Positions 11,480 to 21,167 are shown, counted from the stretch's first letter. The stretch: 25,581 nucleotides of DNA from Candidatus Eiseniibacteriota bacterium (GCA_031366795.1 JANLOX010000373.1:1-25581), one strand, 5' to 3'. The notes: generated by a model from the letters alone, not told the origin. Numbers and translations are program-made.

Positions 11480-13726
11480 ATGCAGTCCGCCGGCAACAGG
11501 CTCGCGCACTACACCCTCGTTGAGAAGATCGGCGAGGGTGGTATGGGCGAGGTTTGGAAAGCTCATGACGACCATCTGGATCGCGACGTGGCGGTCAAGG
11601 TGCTGGCGCATGGCGCGCTCGACGATACCGCCACCCGCGAGCGGTTCCGGCGTGAGGCGCATGTGCTGTCACGGCTTTCGCACCCCGGTGTGGCCACCAT
11701 CTACGACTTCGCGGCTCAGGACGGCGTGGACTTCCTGGTGATGGAATACGTGCCCGGCGGTACGCTGCAGTCGCGCCTGCGCGAAGGACCGGTCGGGCTG
11801 GCGGAATTGGTGCGGCTGGGCGTCGAGGTGGGCGAGGCGCTCGAGGATGCGCACGGACGTGGGTTCCTGCATCGCGATCTCAAGCCCGCGAACGTCGTGC
11901 TGACCTCGACCGGCAAGGCCAAACTGCTCGACTTCGGGATCGCCCGGCTGCTCCAGGACGTGCAAGCCGCGACGGCATTGACGCAGCCCGGCACCGTCCT
12001 GGGCTCACTGCCCTACATGGCGCCCGAACAGATGCTCGGCGACACGGAGGACGTGCGCACGGATGTCTATGCGTTTGGCGTCATGCTGTTCGAAATGGCC
12101 ACGGGACGGCGGCCATTCGACAAGCCACGCCTGGAGGCGCTGATGTTCGAGGTGCTCAACAGCGCTCCACCCTCGGTGCGTGTCCTGCGGCCGGACCTGC
12201 CGGTGGAATTCGACCGCTTGATCAACGCCTGCCTCAGCAAGGACCGCGCACTGCGGCCCGCCTCCATTGAAGCCGCGTGCGAGACCTTGCGGCGCCTGGC
12301 GCATGGGGGAGCCACGGATTCGGGTGCCGCACCCGGGCGTGACGTGATCCGTTCCATCGCGGTGCTGCCGCTCGACAACGTATCGAAAGACCCCACCCAG
12401 GAATATTTCGCCGACGGCATGACCGAGGCGCTGATTTCGGACCTGTCGCGCATCAAGGCGCTGCGGGTGATCTCGCGCACCTCGGCAATGAAGTACAAGG
12501 GTGCCCAGAAGGCACTGCCCGACATTGCGCGGGAACTCAACGTCGACGCGATTCTCGAGGGCTCGGCGTTGCTCATTGGAAACCGGGTGCGCATCAGCGT
12601 GCAACTGGTCTCGGCGCGGGCGGATGAGACGCTGTGGGCCGACCGCTATGATCGTAGTCTGGAGGACGTGCTCGGGCTCCAGAGCGAAGTGGCGGAGTCG
12701 GTGGCGCGCGAGATCGCCATCCATCTGACGCCCGGCGAGGCGACACAGTTGTCCAAACGCGACCCGGTCAATGGTGAAGCGCACGTCGAGTACATGAAGG
12801 GGCGGCATGCGCTGGCGATCGCCTCGCCTGAACAGGTCGAACAGGCGCTCCGCCACTTCAAACGGGCGATTGAGCTCGATGGGCGATTCGCTCCCGCATG
12901 GGCAGGGCTCTCCGATTGCCACCACAATCGCGCCAGCCGCGGCATGGCACCGCCCGCCGAGGCGAGCGCTGAAGAGAAAACGGCTGCGCTCAAGGCGCTC
13001 TCCCTCGACGGCACCCTCGCGGAGGCGCACGCCGCGCTCGGAGGCAGCCAGGTTCACGAGCGCAACTTCCGGGGTGCCACGGAGTCGTTCCGGCGCGCGC
13101 TCGAACTCAACCCCGGTTACGCCGACGCCTACTATGCCATGGGCCGCGTGCTCTACTGCTCGGAACGCCATGCCGAGGCGCAGCAGGCGATGCTGCGCGC
13201 CCTCAGTCTCGATCCGATGTCGATGCTGATCCACACCGCCGTCGGGGACGCCTACTACTACGGGCGCCTGTACGAGAAATCCGTCATCTACTACCGCATG
13301 GCTGTGGAGATTGACGCGCGCTTCGATGGCGCGCACACCGATCTGGCGCGTTCACTCGAAGCGCTCGGCCGGTTCGATGAAGCGCGCGAGCAATACGAGG
13401 AGGGCCGCCGGCTGTCGGGCGGCGTCGCGGGCCCATCGTTCGGACTCGCGCACCTGGAAGCGAGTATGGGCCATGAGATGCAAGCGCGACGGATCCTCGG
13501 CGAACTGACCGCGGCGAGAAGCCGGCGCGTGGTATCGGCCTGGGGCCTCGCTGCCCTCCATGCGTGCCTGGGCGACACCGATGAGGCGTTCCGTTGGCTG
13601 GACACCGCCGTCGAAGAGAGTGCGACGGGACTCGTGTTCCTGCGCGTCCACCCGCGCGTGGATTCACTGCGTAACGATCCGCGCTTTGAGGTGCTGCTCC
13701 GCAGGGTGGGTCTGGCCGACCTCTAG
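11480..13726 (+). CDS. Hanks-type Ser/Thr protein kinase with TolB-like (SIAVLP) domain and TPR repeats
   Basis: GEGGMGEV, VAVK, HRDLKPAN, DFG, YMAPE; SIAVLPLDN...EYFADGMTEALI; TPR helices; DSLRNDPRF end; GGAGG RBS. Confidence 0.95.
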   Translation: MQSAGNRLAHYTLVEKIGEGGMGEVWKAHDDHLDRDVAVKVLAHGALDDTATRERFRREAHVLSRLSHPGVATIYDFAAQDGVDFLVMEYVPGGTLQSRLREGPVGLAELVRLGVEVGEALEDAHGRGFLHRDLKPANVVLTSTGKAKLLDFGIARLLQDVQAATALTQPGTVLGSLPYMAPEQMLGDTEDVRTDVYAFGVMLFEMATGRRPFDKPRLEALMFEVLNSAPPSVRVLRPDLPVEFDRLINACLSKDRALRPASIEAACETLRRLAHGGATDSGAAPGRDVIRSIAVLPLDNVSKDPTQEYFADGMTEALISDLSRIKALRVISRTSAMKYKGAQKALPDIARELNVDAILEGSALLIGNRVRISVQLVSARADETLWADRYDRSLEDVLGLQSEVAESVAREIAIHLTPGEATQLSKRDPVNGEAHVEYMKGRHALAIASPEQVEQALRHFKRAIELDGRFAPAWAGLSDCHHNRASRGMAPPAEASAEEKTAALKALSLDGTLAEAHAALGGSQVHERNFRGATESFRRALELNPGYADAYYAMGRVLYCSERHAEAQQAMLRALSLDPMSMLIHTAVGDAYYYGRLYEKSVIYYRMAVEIDARFDGAHTDLARSLEALGRFDEAREQYEEGRRLSGGVAGPSFGLAHLEASMGHEMQARRILGELTAARSRRVVSAWGLAALHACLGDTDEAFRWLDTAVEESATGLVFLRVHPRVDSLRNDPRFEVLLRRVGLADL

Positions 13727-13755
13727 CAGCCCGGTGGCCAGACCAGCGACCCGCG

Positions 13756-14232
13756 CTATTTCTCGCCGCGCTCCACGCGCTCCACGAACGCCGCGAAGGT
13801 GCGATTGAGGCCCGCCACGAGGGCCCGCTTCTCGGTTCCTGACAGTCGCGCTTCGGGGTGCGAGAGAACGTAATCATTGGGCGGCATCTCGCCCTTGGTC
13901 ACGGTCGCGCCGGCTTCGCCGGCTGCTTCCGCCACGTCCTTGTTCGCGGGATCGAACGCCGTGAAATTGAGATCCATGCGGCCGCGCATGACGTGGGTTT
14001 GGATTCGCCAGGAGATGGGAGCGATGGACGAATACCAAGGCCAGCGCGTGCGATTGCTGTGGCAGTCGTAGCAGGCGCGCTGGGCAAGCGCTTCGGTGGC
14101 GGCTGAGTCCCACGCGACGAGAGTTCCGTCCGGCGGTACTGCGTGCTCGTGACCATAGGGCACCAGTTGGATGGCGATGAGCAGCCCAACCCCTGAGAAC
14201 AGGGCCGTCGCCAACTTGCGTGAGTCCGTCAT
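13756..14232 (-). CDS. Haem-binding domain (Haem_bd) cytochrome c
   Basis: IQLVPY, ACYDCHSNRTRWPWYS (CxxCH), EMPP..Y...HPEARLS. GGGAGG RBS 6 nt before ATG 14232. Confidence 0.9.
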   Translation of the reverse strand: MTDSRKLATALFSGVGLLIAIQLVPYGHEHAVPPDGTLVAWDSAATEALAQRACYDCHSNRTRWPWYSSIAPISWRIQTHVMRGRMDLNFTAFDPANKDVAEAAGEAGATVTKGEMPPNDYVLSHPEARLSGTEKRALVAGLNRTFAAFVERVERGEK

Positions 14233-14420
14233 GACGAACCTCCCATTTGCTGCCCCACGCCAAAGACTGACGCGCAGTCTTCCGTCGGGGACTGCCACCC
14301 TAGATCAGGCCGCGCGCGAATCGTAGCGGCTCAAGGTTGGGAAGTGCTGAGTCGTGTTGACGCCCCCCGCCGGGTGATGTCCACTTGGAGTTATCGGGCT
14401 CGTTGTGAAAGGAGGGCCGC

Positions 14421-16034
14421 ATGAGGCCGTGGCTGCAGGTCCTCGTTTTCGTGTTGGGAATGTTGTTGGGGGCGCCGCTCGATGTGAACGGTGGTGCATC
14501 CCGCATGGAGCGCGCCTCGCGGTTGCTGGCCTCCGCGAACCGGCGCATCGCGCTGGGCACGCACGAGCAGCGGCAGGTTGCGCTCGGCGAACTGCAGGAG
14601 GCCGCGAAGCTGGATCCGGCCCGCCCCGACATCCTGATCACACTCGGCAGCCTGAACTTCGACGCGGATCATTTGCGGGTCGCGCGCTTGATCGTTGAAG
14701 GTCTCGAAGTGAGTGATTCGGCGAGTGCTGAAGTCTGGTTGTTCGCCGGACAAGTGCGGCGCCGCGTTTGGCGGTCAGCCGGCGCGAGCGCTACGACGAT
14801 ATCGCGGCGTTGCTGCCGCCCTTACTGGCCGACCGCGTCACTTCGATGGAGGCGCCCTCACGCGCGAAGTTCGTGGGAACATTGTGGGCCGCGACGGATC
14901 CCGATCACGTATCCCCGGAGAACGAGGCGAAGCTCGAGTACTGGTCGCGCGTGACGCAAGCCGTAGCATTATTCGGCACGGCGAGCGGCGGCCACTGGGA
15001 CATGCGCGCGCAATACTACGTGCGATTTCGCCCACCCGAATCTCAGCGGCGCAACCCGACAGATCCCGATGGCCAGGACACCCACGATGATCACGTTGTC
15101 TGGGCATATCCGCAACTGGGGCTGCGTGCCGGTGCGGCATCACCCTCCTCGTACGTCGGCTTTCCCTCGTCACTCACGCTGTACAAGGGTTACGCCAGGG
15201 CAAACCCAGAGTCGCTCTCCAATCACCCGGAATTGCTGCCGGTGTTCGGCGGGTTCGCGGTGTTCCATGGTCTTCCGGCAGGCGTCGAATCGGTCGAGGC
15301 GCGTCTGGCGCTCGCACAATGCCAGTTGGAGCAAGGCGTCAAGCTGTTCGCCCAACTCGAGGCGGGAGGTGTGGGCAATGAGTGCACGGTCGAATGGGTC
15401 GTGCTCGACAGCGCGTCCGCGACAGTGGCGCGCGACAAACGAACGATGGTCGCATCGGCGTGCCGGGCCGACCAGGCCGGAGCAGCCAGTTGCACCTCGG
15501 CGTTGACGGCCGGCCGCTACCGGATCGGCGTCGCGTGTTCCGATGAGTCCGGCGGCCGGGGCGTCATCCGGCGCGATTTCTACGCGTCGCCCGTTTTGCC
15601 CGAACTCGCCTTGAGCGATCTGGTGATCACCTGCGGCGCCCCGGGGCAGCGCGTCGTGGCGGGCTCCGGCGTGCGACTGGAACCCGAGACGGGATTGTTT
15701 CCGAGCGAAGGCGACCGTCTCAACGCCTTACGTTGAGATCTACCACCTGGCCCGTCTGAAGGGTGGCGAATCGGCGTTCTCTTACGACTGCGTCGTGCGT
15801 TCCGTGGTCCCGGACAAACGGAGTTGGTGAAGCCGCTTGTTCGCGCCGCCCGACACACCGCCGCCCATCCGCATGAGCAGGACAGAGACGACCCAGGGCA
15901 TGCTGCGCCGGCAATTCCTGAGCGTTCCCGTGGGGGCGCTCCCGAGTGGATCGTACCGGCTCGAATTGAGGGTCCCCGATGAGTCGAGCGGGGAGGAGGC
16001 GACGTCGGCCGCAGCATTCGAACGCAAGCGATGA
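14421..16034 (+). pseudogene. GWxTD-domain exported protein, disrupted
   Basis: AAGGAGG RBS, signal peptide and TPR-like start. Frame switch near 14770 into LWAATDPD..SPENEAKLEYWSRVTQA..LF...WDMRAQYYVRF.PP (GWxTD-like). Later LALSDL motif. An extra T at 15728-15729 breaks NAY-VEIYHL. In-frame TGA at 15828-15830. Typical end LPSGSYRLELRV...F. Confidence 0.75.
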
Positions 16035-16089
16035 GCGGGCGTGTCGCGCTGGAGGCGGTCGGAGGGAAGTTTACGAACGGGAGGGCGGC

Positions 16090-16423
16090 ATGTTGAACCC
16101 GGGGCGTTGGGTGAGTGGAGCCGTATTCGGAATGGCAATCGTGATCACAGCGACCAGCGTGAGTTACGACGCGAGTGCCGCGCCTGCCGCGCGCCGGGCG
16201 CGACCGGAGAGGGCCGACAAGCCACACGTGGAGTCTTTCGACCTCCTTGCGGTGGACACGTTGAACGCCCGCATTGCCTTGGCAGCGCGCGCGGGAGAGT
16301 CCTGGACAAGGGACCCGATTCGCGTGGCACTCGAAGTCACGGGTGAGTCCCCGCTCTCGGCGCGCATGGCGCTGCTGGCGCGGACACCACTTGGTGAGTT
16401 ACTGGAACCGTCCCTGTCCGTAA
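16090..16423 (+). pseudogene. Small exported hypothetical protein with an apparent internal deletion/frameshift
   Basis: GGGAGG RBS before ATG 16090, signal peptide, ...GESWTRDPIRVALEV. A different frame from 16358 reads RRAWRCWRGHHLVSYWNRPCP* (TAA 16421-16423), a plausible two-Cys natural C-terminus, while the original frame degrades into non-protein-like sequence. Confidence 0.55.
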
Positions 16424-16450
16424 AATGGGGGGACAGAGGGCGGGGACCTT

Positions 16451-16672
16451 CTAGACGCGACGGCGCAGTTTGTCGGCCAGGGCGGCGATTCGCGGTGCCG
16501 CGCCGCGATGCAGTGGCCCCATTGCCGCCTTTGCCCAGACGGCAACGCGCTTCGCGGGTGTGCTTGTGGCCTTCCTGCGGCATGGATCACAGTGATCATG
16601 CTGCGTATGAATGGGCATGCCGCAGGTCAAGCACCCGCGCCACGTGCGCTTGCTCCGGATGGCGAACCGCAT
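16451..16672 (-). CDS. 73-aa basic small protein with CxxC-x10-CxxC zinc-ribbon motif
   Basis: GGAGG 7 nt before ATG 16672. MRFAIRSKRTWRGCLTCGMPIHTQHDHCDPCRRK...KLRRRV*. A sigma54-type promoter lies upstream. Confidence 0.6.
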   Translation of the reverse strand: MRFAIRSKRTWRGCLTCGMPIHTQHDHCDPCRRKATSTPAKRVAVWAKAAMGPLHRGAAPRIAALADKLRRRV

Positions 16673-16782
16673 GCGGCGACCTCCGTGTCTGCAGTACCTG
16701 GGGAGAGGGCCGCGGTGTGCGCTGCCCCGAGGCTGGTGCGTCATCGCCAAGGTGTTGGCCAGAGGACGTAGTCCTGTGGACT

Positions 16783-16798
16783 AGCACTAAGTGCGCCA
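16783..16798 (-). promoter_or_regulatory. sigma54 (RpoN) -24/-12 promoter
   Basis: Minus strand TGGCGC-ACTTA-GTGCT versus consensus TGGCAC-N5-TTGCW. Exact GG-N10-GC spacing, intergenic, oriented toward the 73-aa ORF. Confidence 0.55.
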
Positions 16799-16822
16799 GC
16801 GCTCGCGGAGACTGCAATCGCG

Positions 16823-16873
16823 ATGAAATACCCGCGTCGCGGCGCAATGTATGAACGCGTCACATGAAATACA
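16823..16873. promoter_or_regulatory. AT-richer patch with direct repeat ATGAAATAC (16823, 16864) and TGT-N11-ACA; candidate activator/IHF sites
   Basis: Repeats are 41 nt apart and lie about 50-100 nt upstream of the predicted sigma54 start. Function inferred. Confidence 0.35.
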
Positions 16874-16996
16874 GCATCACTAAACATCCCCCGAAAGCGG
16901 AGAACCGTAGCCTTGCCCGACGGGGGCCGGCACGCTCGTGCGACGCAGTGGATGGCCGTTGGATTGCATTCGCGTGCCGCGCTTCGCGAATAGTGG

Positions 16997-19183
16997 CTAG
17001 GCCGTGTCGGTGGGTCGCAAGGTCAGGGCCACACGCTTGCGCTGGAGGTCTACGCTCACCACTCTCGCGTGAATCAGGTCGCCGGCCTTCACGATCTCGC
17101 GTGGATCCTTCACGTAGCGGTCGGCGAGTTGCGAAATGTGGACGAGCCCATCCTGGTGCACGCCGATATCGACGAACGCGCCGAAGTTCGTGACGTTGGT
17201 GACGATGCCTTCGAGGATCATGCCGGGCGCGAGGTCCTTCAGCTCGCGCACGTCCTCGCGGAACGTCGCGGCCTTGAATTCAGGACGGGGATCACGCCCG
17301 GGTTTTTCGAGCTCGGCGAGGATGTCCTTCACCGTGGGCAGGCCGAAGCGGTCGTTCACGAGTTCGGTGGCGTTGACCTTGCGCAGGAAGGCGCCGTCGC
17401 CGATCAACCGATCGAGCCCCCGTCCTGTGCGCTCGATCAGTTGCTCGACTACCGGATAGGCTTCCGGGTGCACGGCGGATGCGTCGAGCGGGTTCGTGCC
17501 ACCGCGAATGCGCAGGAATCCAGCCGCTTGTTCGAATGCCTTCTCACCGAGCCGGGGCACCTTGAGGAGCGCGCGGCGATCCGGGAAGGGCCCGTGTGCG
17601 TCGCGGTGTTCGACGATGCGCTGGGCGAGTGACGCATTGAGACCGGAGACGCGCGAGAGCAGAGCGACCGATGCCGTGTTCAGCTCCACGCCGACTGCGT
17701 TCACGCAGTCCTCGACCGTGGCATCGAGTGCGCGCGCGAGCTGCGTCTGGTTGACGTCGTGTTGGTACTGACCCACGCCGATGGACTTGGGATCGATCTT
17801 CACGAGTTCGGCAAGCGGGTCTTGGAGCCGGCGCGCGATTGAGACCGCTCCTCGCAGCGTGACGTCGAGATCGGGGAACTCCCGCGCGGCACACTCGCTG
17901 GCCGAGTACACCGAGGCGCCTGCCTCCGACACCATCACCTTCGAGAGCTGGAGATCGGGGTGCTGCTGCATCAGGTCGCCGGCGAGTTGGTCCGTCTCGC
18001 GGGAGGCCGTGCCGTTGCCTATGCTGATGAGCGAAACGCGGTGCTTGAGCGCCAGTCCCGCCAGCGTCACGAGGGAATGGTCCCAGTCGCGTCGCGGTGC
18101 GTGCGGATAGATCGTTGCGGTGTCGAGCACTTTGCCCGTGGAACTCACGACCGCGACCTTGACGCCCGTGCGCAGGCCCGGATCCAGCCCCATGGTCGCG
18201 CGCGCTCCCGCGGGTGCGGCAAGCAGGAGATCGCGAAGGTTGAGCCCGAACACTCGAATGGCCTCTTTCTCGGCGGAGGAGCGCAGGGTGCCGATCAGGT
18301 CCACCTCGAGATGCATAAGGATGCGCGCGCGCCAGGCGAGACGCACCGTGTCGTTCAGCCAGCGATCGGCGGGGCGGCCAAGGTTGTCGATGCCGAAGCG
18401 GTCGGCCACGATGGCTTCGCACTGCGAAGGCGCGCTTTCCGCGCGCGCGGGTTCGGCATCGAGGGCGATGCTCAGGAATCCGAGCATGCGGCCGCGGAGC
18501 AGGGCGAGTGCCCTGTGCGAGGGCACGCGCTGGACAGGCTCGTCGTAGGCAAAGTAATCCGAGAAACGCGCCGCCTCCGCCTGTTTGTCCGTGGGCAAGT
18601 CCTTGACCACCGTCGAGCGCAGGGCGCCCTGCGACCAGGTGAGGTCGCGCAGCCGCCGGATCAGGGCGGCGTCTTCGGAGAAGGTCTCGATCAGGATCTG
18701 GCGCGCGCCGTCGAGTGCCGCCTTCACGTCAGCGACGCCCTTGTCCGGGGCGATATATGCGGCCGCAGCAGCTTCGGGCGTGGTCGCGGGTGTCCTGAGC
18801 AACAGCTGTGCGAGGGGCTCCAGCCCTGCTTCACGCGCAATTTGCGCCCGCGTGCGCCGCTTGAGCTTGTAAGGGAGGTAGAGATCCTCGAGCAGAGTCT
18901 TGGTGTCGGCGCCGCGGATCGATTCCTCGAGCAGCGGCGTGAGCTTGCCCTGCTCGGTGATGCTCGCGAGGATCGCGCTGCGACGATCCTCCAGTTCGCG
19001 CAAGTAGCCGAGGCGCTCGTCGAGCTTGCGTAACTGCGTGTCGTCGAGTCCGCCTGTGACTTCCTTGCGGTAGCGCGAAATGAAGGGAACTGTCGATCCT
19101 TCATCGAGGAGCCTGATGGCGGACTCCACCTGCGAGGAATGGACGGCGAGTTCCGCGGCGATACGCTGGGGGATGGAGGTCAT
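16997..19183 (-). CDS. tex: Tex family RNA-binding transcriptional accessory protein
   Basis: [69 protein letters not shown]1 domain [19 protein letters not shown]. Confidence 0.97.
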   Translation of the reverse strand: MTSIPQRIAAELAVHSSQVESAIRLLDEGSTVPFISRYRKEVTGGLDDTQLRKLDERLGYLRELEDRRSAILASITEQGKLTPLLEESIRGADTKTLLEDLYLPYKLKRRTRAQIAREAGLEPLAQLLLRTPATTPEAAAAAYIAPDKGVADVKAALDGARQILIETFSEDAALIRRLRDLTWSQGALRSTVVKDLPTDKQAEAARFSDYFAYDEPVQRVPSHRALALLRGRMLGFLSIALDAEPARAESAPSQCEAIVADRFGIDNLGRPADRWLNDTVRLAWRARILMHLEVDLIGTLRSSAEKEAIRVFGLNLRDLLLAAPAGARATMGLDPGLRTGVKVAVVSSTGKVLDTATIYPHAPRRDWDHSLVTLAGLALKHRVSLISIGNGTASRETDQLAGDLMQQHPDLQLSKVMVSEAGASVYSASECAAREFPDLDVTLRGAVSIARRLQDPLAELVKIDPKSIGVGQYQHDVNQTQLARALDATVEDCVNAVGVELNTASVALLSRVSGLNASLAQRIVEHRDAHGPFPDRRALLKVPRLGEKAFEQAAGFLRIRGGTNPLDASAVHPEAYPVVEQLIERTGRGLDRLIGDGAFLRKVNATELVNDRFGLPTVKDILAELEKPGRDPRPEFKAATFREDVRELKDLAPGMILEGIVTNVTNFGAFVDIGVHQDGLVHISQLADRYVKDPREIVKAGDLIHARVVSVDLQRKRVALTLRPTDTA

Positions 19184-19339
19184 GGGGCATTACTAACGGA
19201 TGTGGGGCGAGGAGGCCAACACGCACTCAACCCTATCGGCGGGCGATGCCCCGGCGCTATGCTGCCGCTCCCGCGCGGGGATGGATAGGGCCGGAGTCGC
19301 CGTGGCCACTCCCAGCGGGCGTACGGGAGGTGGCTTGAA

Positions 19340-19857
19340 ATGACTCTTTTTCTGTTATCTGGTCGCGGTGTCGTTGATCGTCCTCTACTTCGACCTCAAG
19401 GGACGCCAGCCGGAGCGCCCGATCCAAGTGGGATGGAGCAAGGGCCCTCACGACGTGGACTCCTCGTTCGTGGGCCGGCTGGAGTCGCTCAAGCGGCGGT
19501 TGAAGCCATTGGCGGACGTGCCGGGATTGACGATCTTCCGCGACTCGCGGACTGTCCGCGCGGACAGTGTCGCCTTGCGCGGGGGTGATGGGTACTTCAA
19601 GCAGTTTCAGGTCCTCGCCAGCGATCCGAATATCGCGGATAGAGGAGTTCCTGGTGACCAGCCTGGTCGATCCAAACGTGAGAATGACCCGGATGTTCCG
19701 GGCGGGAACACTCCCAAATAGGTTTGGCATCCTTTCGTTTCGCGGCGTTCCGTACGAGATGGGATATGAGACGCAAGTTCCAGTTCTGCTGTCGGCAGGG
19801 CAACCCCGTAGCGCCCCGCAACAGCCACGTAAGATCGAATGGATCGAATGGAAGTAG
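19340..19857 (+). pseudogene. Hypothetical membrane-anchored protein split over three frames
   Basis: GGGAGG before ATG 19340. The hydrophobic LFFCYLVAVSLIVLYF stretch is in the +1 frame and continues to about 19645. The protein-like RIEEFLVTSLVDPNVR...IEWIEWK* is in the next frame. No family recognised. Confidence 0.4.
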
Positions 19858-19929
19858 AAGAGGCATGCAGCGAGCAACGCGGGACATCGACCTATTGTTG
19901 ATGAAGTGACCATTTAACGAGGAGGGGCC

Positions 19930-21150
19930 GTGCTGCGAATCGACACGGGCAATACTGCGTTCATGCTGCTGTGTAGCAGCCTGGTCATGCTGATGACTCC
20001 CGGGCTGGCGTTTTTCTATGGTGGGCTGGTCGGGCGGAAGAACGTGCTCTCGATCATGATCCAGAGCTTCGTCTCCCTCTGCTGGACGACGGTCGTCTGG
20101 TACGTCTGCGGCTACTCGATGTGCTTCTCAGGCGACGTCGGGGGAGTGATCGGTAATCTCGACATGGCCTTCCTGCGGGGCGTGAACCTGATGTCGCCCT
20201 CGCCGAACGACTCCATTCCGCTGATCGTGCATATCGCCTACCAGATGATGTTTGCGATCATCACCCCCGCGCTCATCACGGGCGCGTTCGCTAATCGTGT
20301 GACGTTCAAGGCGTATCTTATCTTCCTGACGTTGTGGCTCTTGTTCGTCTACTTCCCCTTCGTGCACATGGTGTGGGGTGGGGGTGTGCTCGCGAAGTGG
20401 GGCGTCATGGACTTCGCCGGTGGTATCGTCGTGCATAACATCGCCGGCATTGCGGCTCTCGCCTCGGTGCTTTACGTGGGGCGTCGCAAGGTGGCGGATC
20501 AGGGTCCCCACAGCATTCCGCTGGTCGCGCTGGGAACGGGACTGCTGTGGTTCGGCTGGTACGGCTTCAATGCCGGGAGTGAGTTCCGGGTCGACGCCGT
20601 GACGGCGACGGCGTTCCTCAATACGGACATCGCCGCCTCGTTCGCCGGCGTGGCGTGGTTCCTGGTCGAGTGGCTGTCGGGTGACAAGCCTAAGTTCCTC
20701 GGGCTGCTGACGGGATCCGTCGCGGGGCTTGCCACGATCACTCCCGCGGCGGGGTTCGTCTCACCGGGCAGCGCCGCCATCATCGGGATCGCGGCAGGGG
20801 TGATCTGTTTCTACGCGGTCGCGCTCAAGAATCGACTCAAGTGGGACGACGCGCTCGACGTGTGGGGGGTGCACGGCGTGGGCGGGTTCATCGGCACGAT
20901 CATGCTGGGTATCTTTGCCACGCGCGCTTACAACCCGGCGGGGCCCGACGGTTTGCTCGCGGGCAACCCTGGATTCCTGTTCAAGCAGTTCGTCGCGGTC
21001 CTGCTGTCGTCCGTGTGGGCGTTCGCCTTCACGCTTGGCATGTTGTGGTTGATCGACCGCATTACGCCCGTGAAGGTCGCCGACGGTGCCGAGGAAATCG
21101 GTCTCGACGAGGCGCTCCACGGCGAGACGGCGTACGTCGAGGCGTTGTAG
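19930..21150 (+). CDS. amtB: Ammonium transporter (Amt family)
   Basis: MTPGLAFFYGG, YQMMFAIITPALITGA, DFAGGIVVH, LLWFGWYGFNAGS, DDALDVWGVHGVGG (twin His), EEIGLDEALHGE. GAGGAGG RBS and GTG start. Confidence 0.97.
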   Translation: MLRIDTGNTAFMLLCSSLVMLMTPGLAFFYGGLVGRKNVLSIMIQSFVSLCWTTVVWYVCGYSMCFSGDVGGVIGNLDMAFLRGVNLMSPSPNDSIPLIVHIAYQMMFAIITPALITGAFANRVTFKAYLIFLTLWLLFVYFPFVHMVWGGGVLAKWGVMDFAGGIVVHNIAGIAALASVLYVGRRKVADQGPHSIPLVALGTGLLWFGWYGFNAGSEFRVDAVTATAFLNTDIAASFAGVAWFLVEWLSGDKPKFLGLLTGSVAGLATITPAAGFVSPGSAAIIGIAAGVICFYAVALKNRLKWDDALDVWGVHGVGGFIGTIMLGIFATRAYNPAGPDGLLAGNPGFLFKQFVAVLLSSVWAFAFTLGMLWLIDRITPVKVADGAEEIGLDEALHGETAYVEAL

Positions 21151-21167
21151 CGGGGGATCCGGGGAGT

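Noticed and set aside
15828..15830. TGA as selenocysteine or Trp recoding
   Set aside because: The gene has other frameshifts, there is no Cys-type context, and TGA is a normal stop elsewhere in the window.
16878..16915. c-di-GMP-I riboswitch-like stretch (AAAC...CCGAAAG...GCC)
   Set aside because: Lacks the GGCAAAC and GACGCAAAGC core, and there is no downstream gene on that strand.
19826..19880. glnA glutamine riboswitch (GGAAGTAG...AACGC) or sigma54 site (AGGCAT-N5-GAGCA) upstream of amtB
   Set aside because: The riboswitch 5' CGTTC strand and stems are missing. The sigma54 match lacks T at -26 and TT at -15/-14 and is expected by chance at this GC content.
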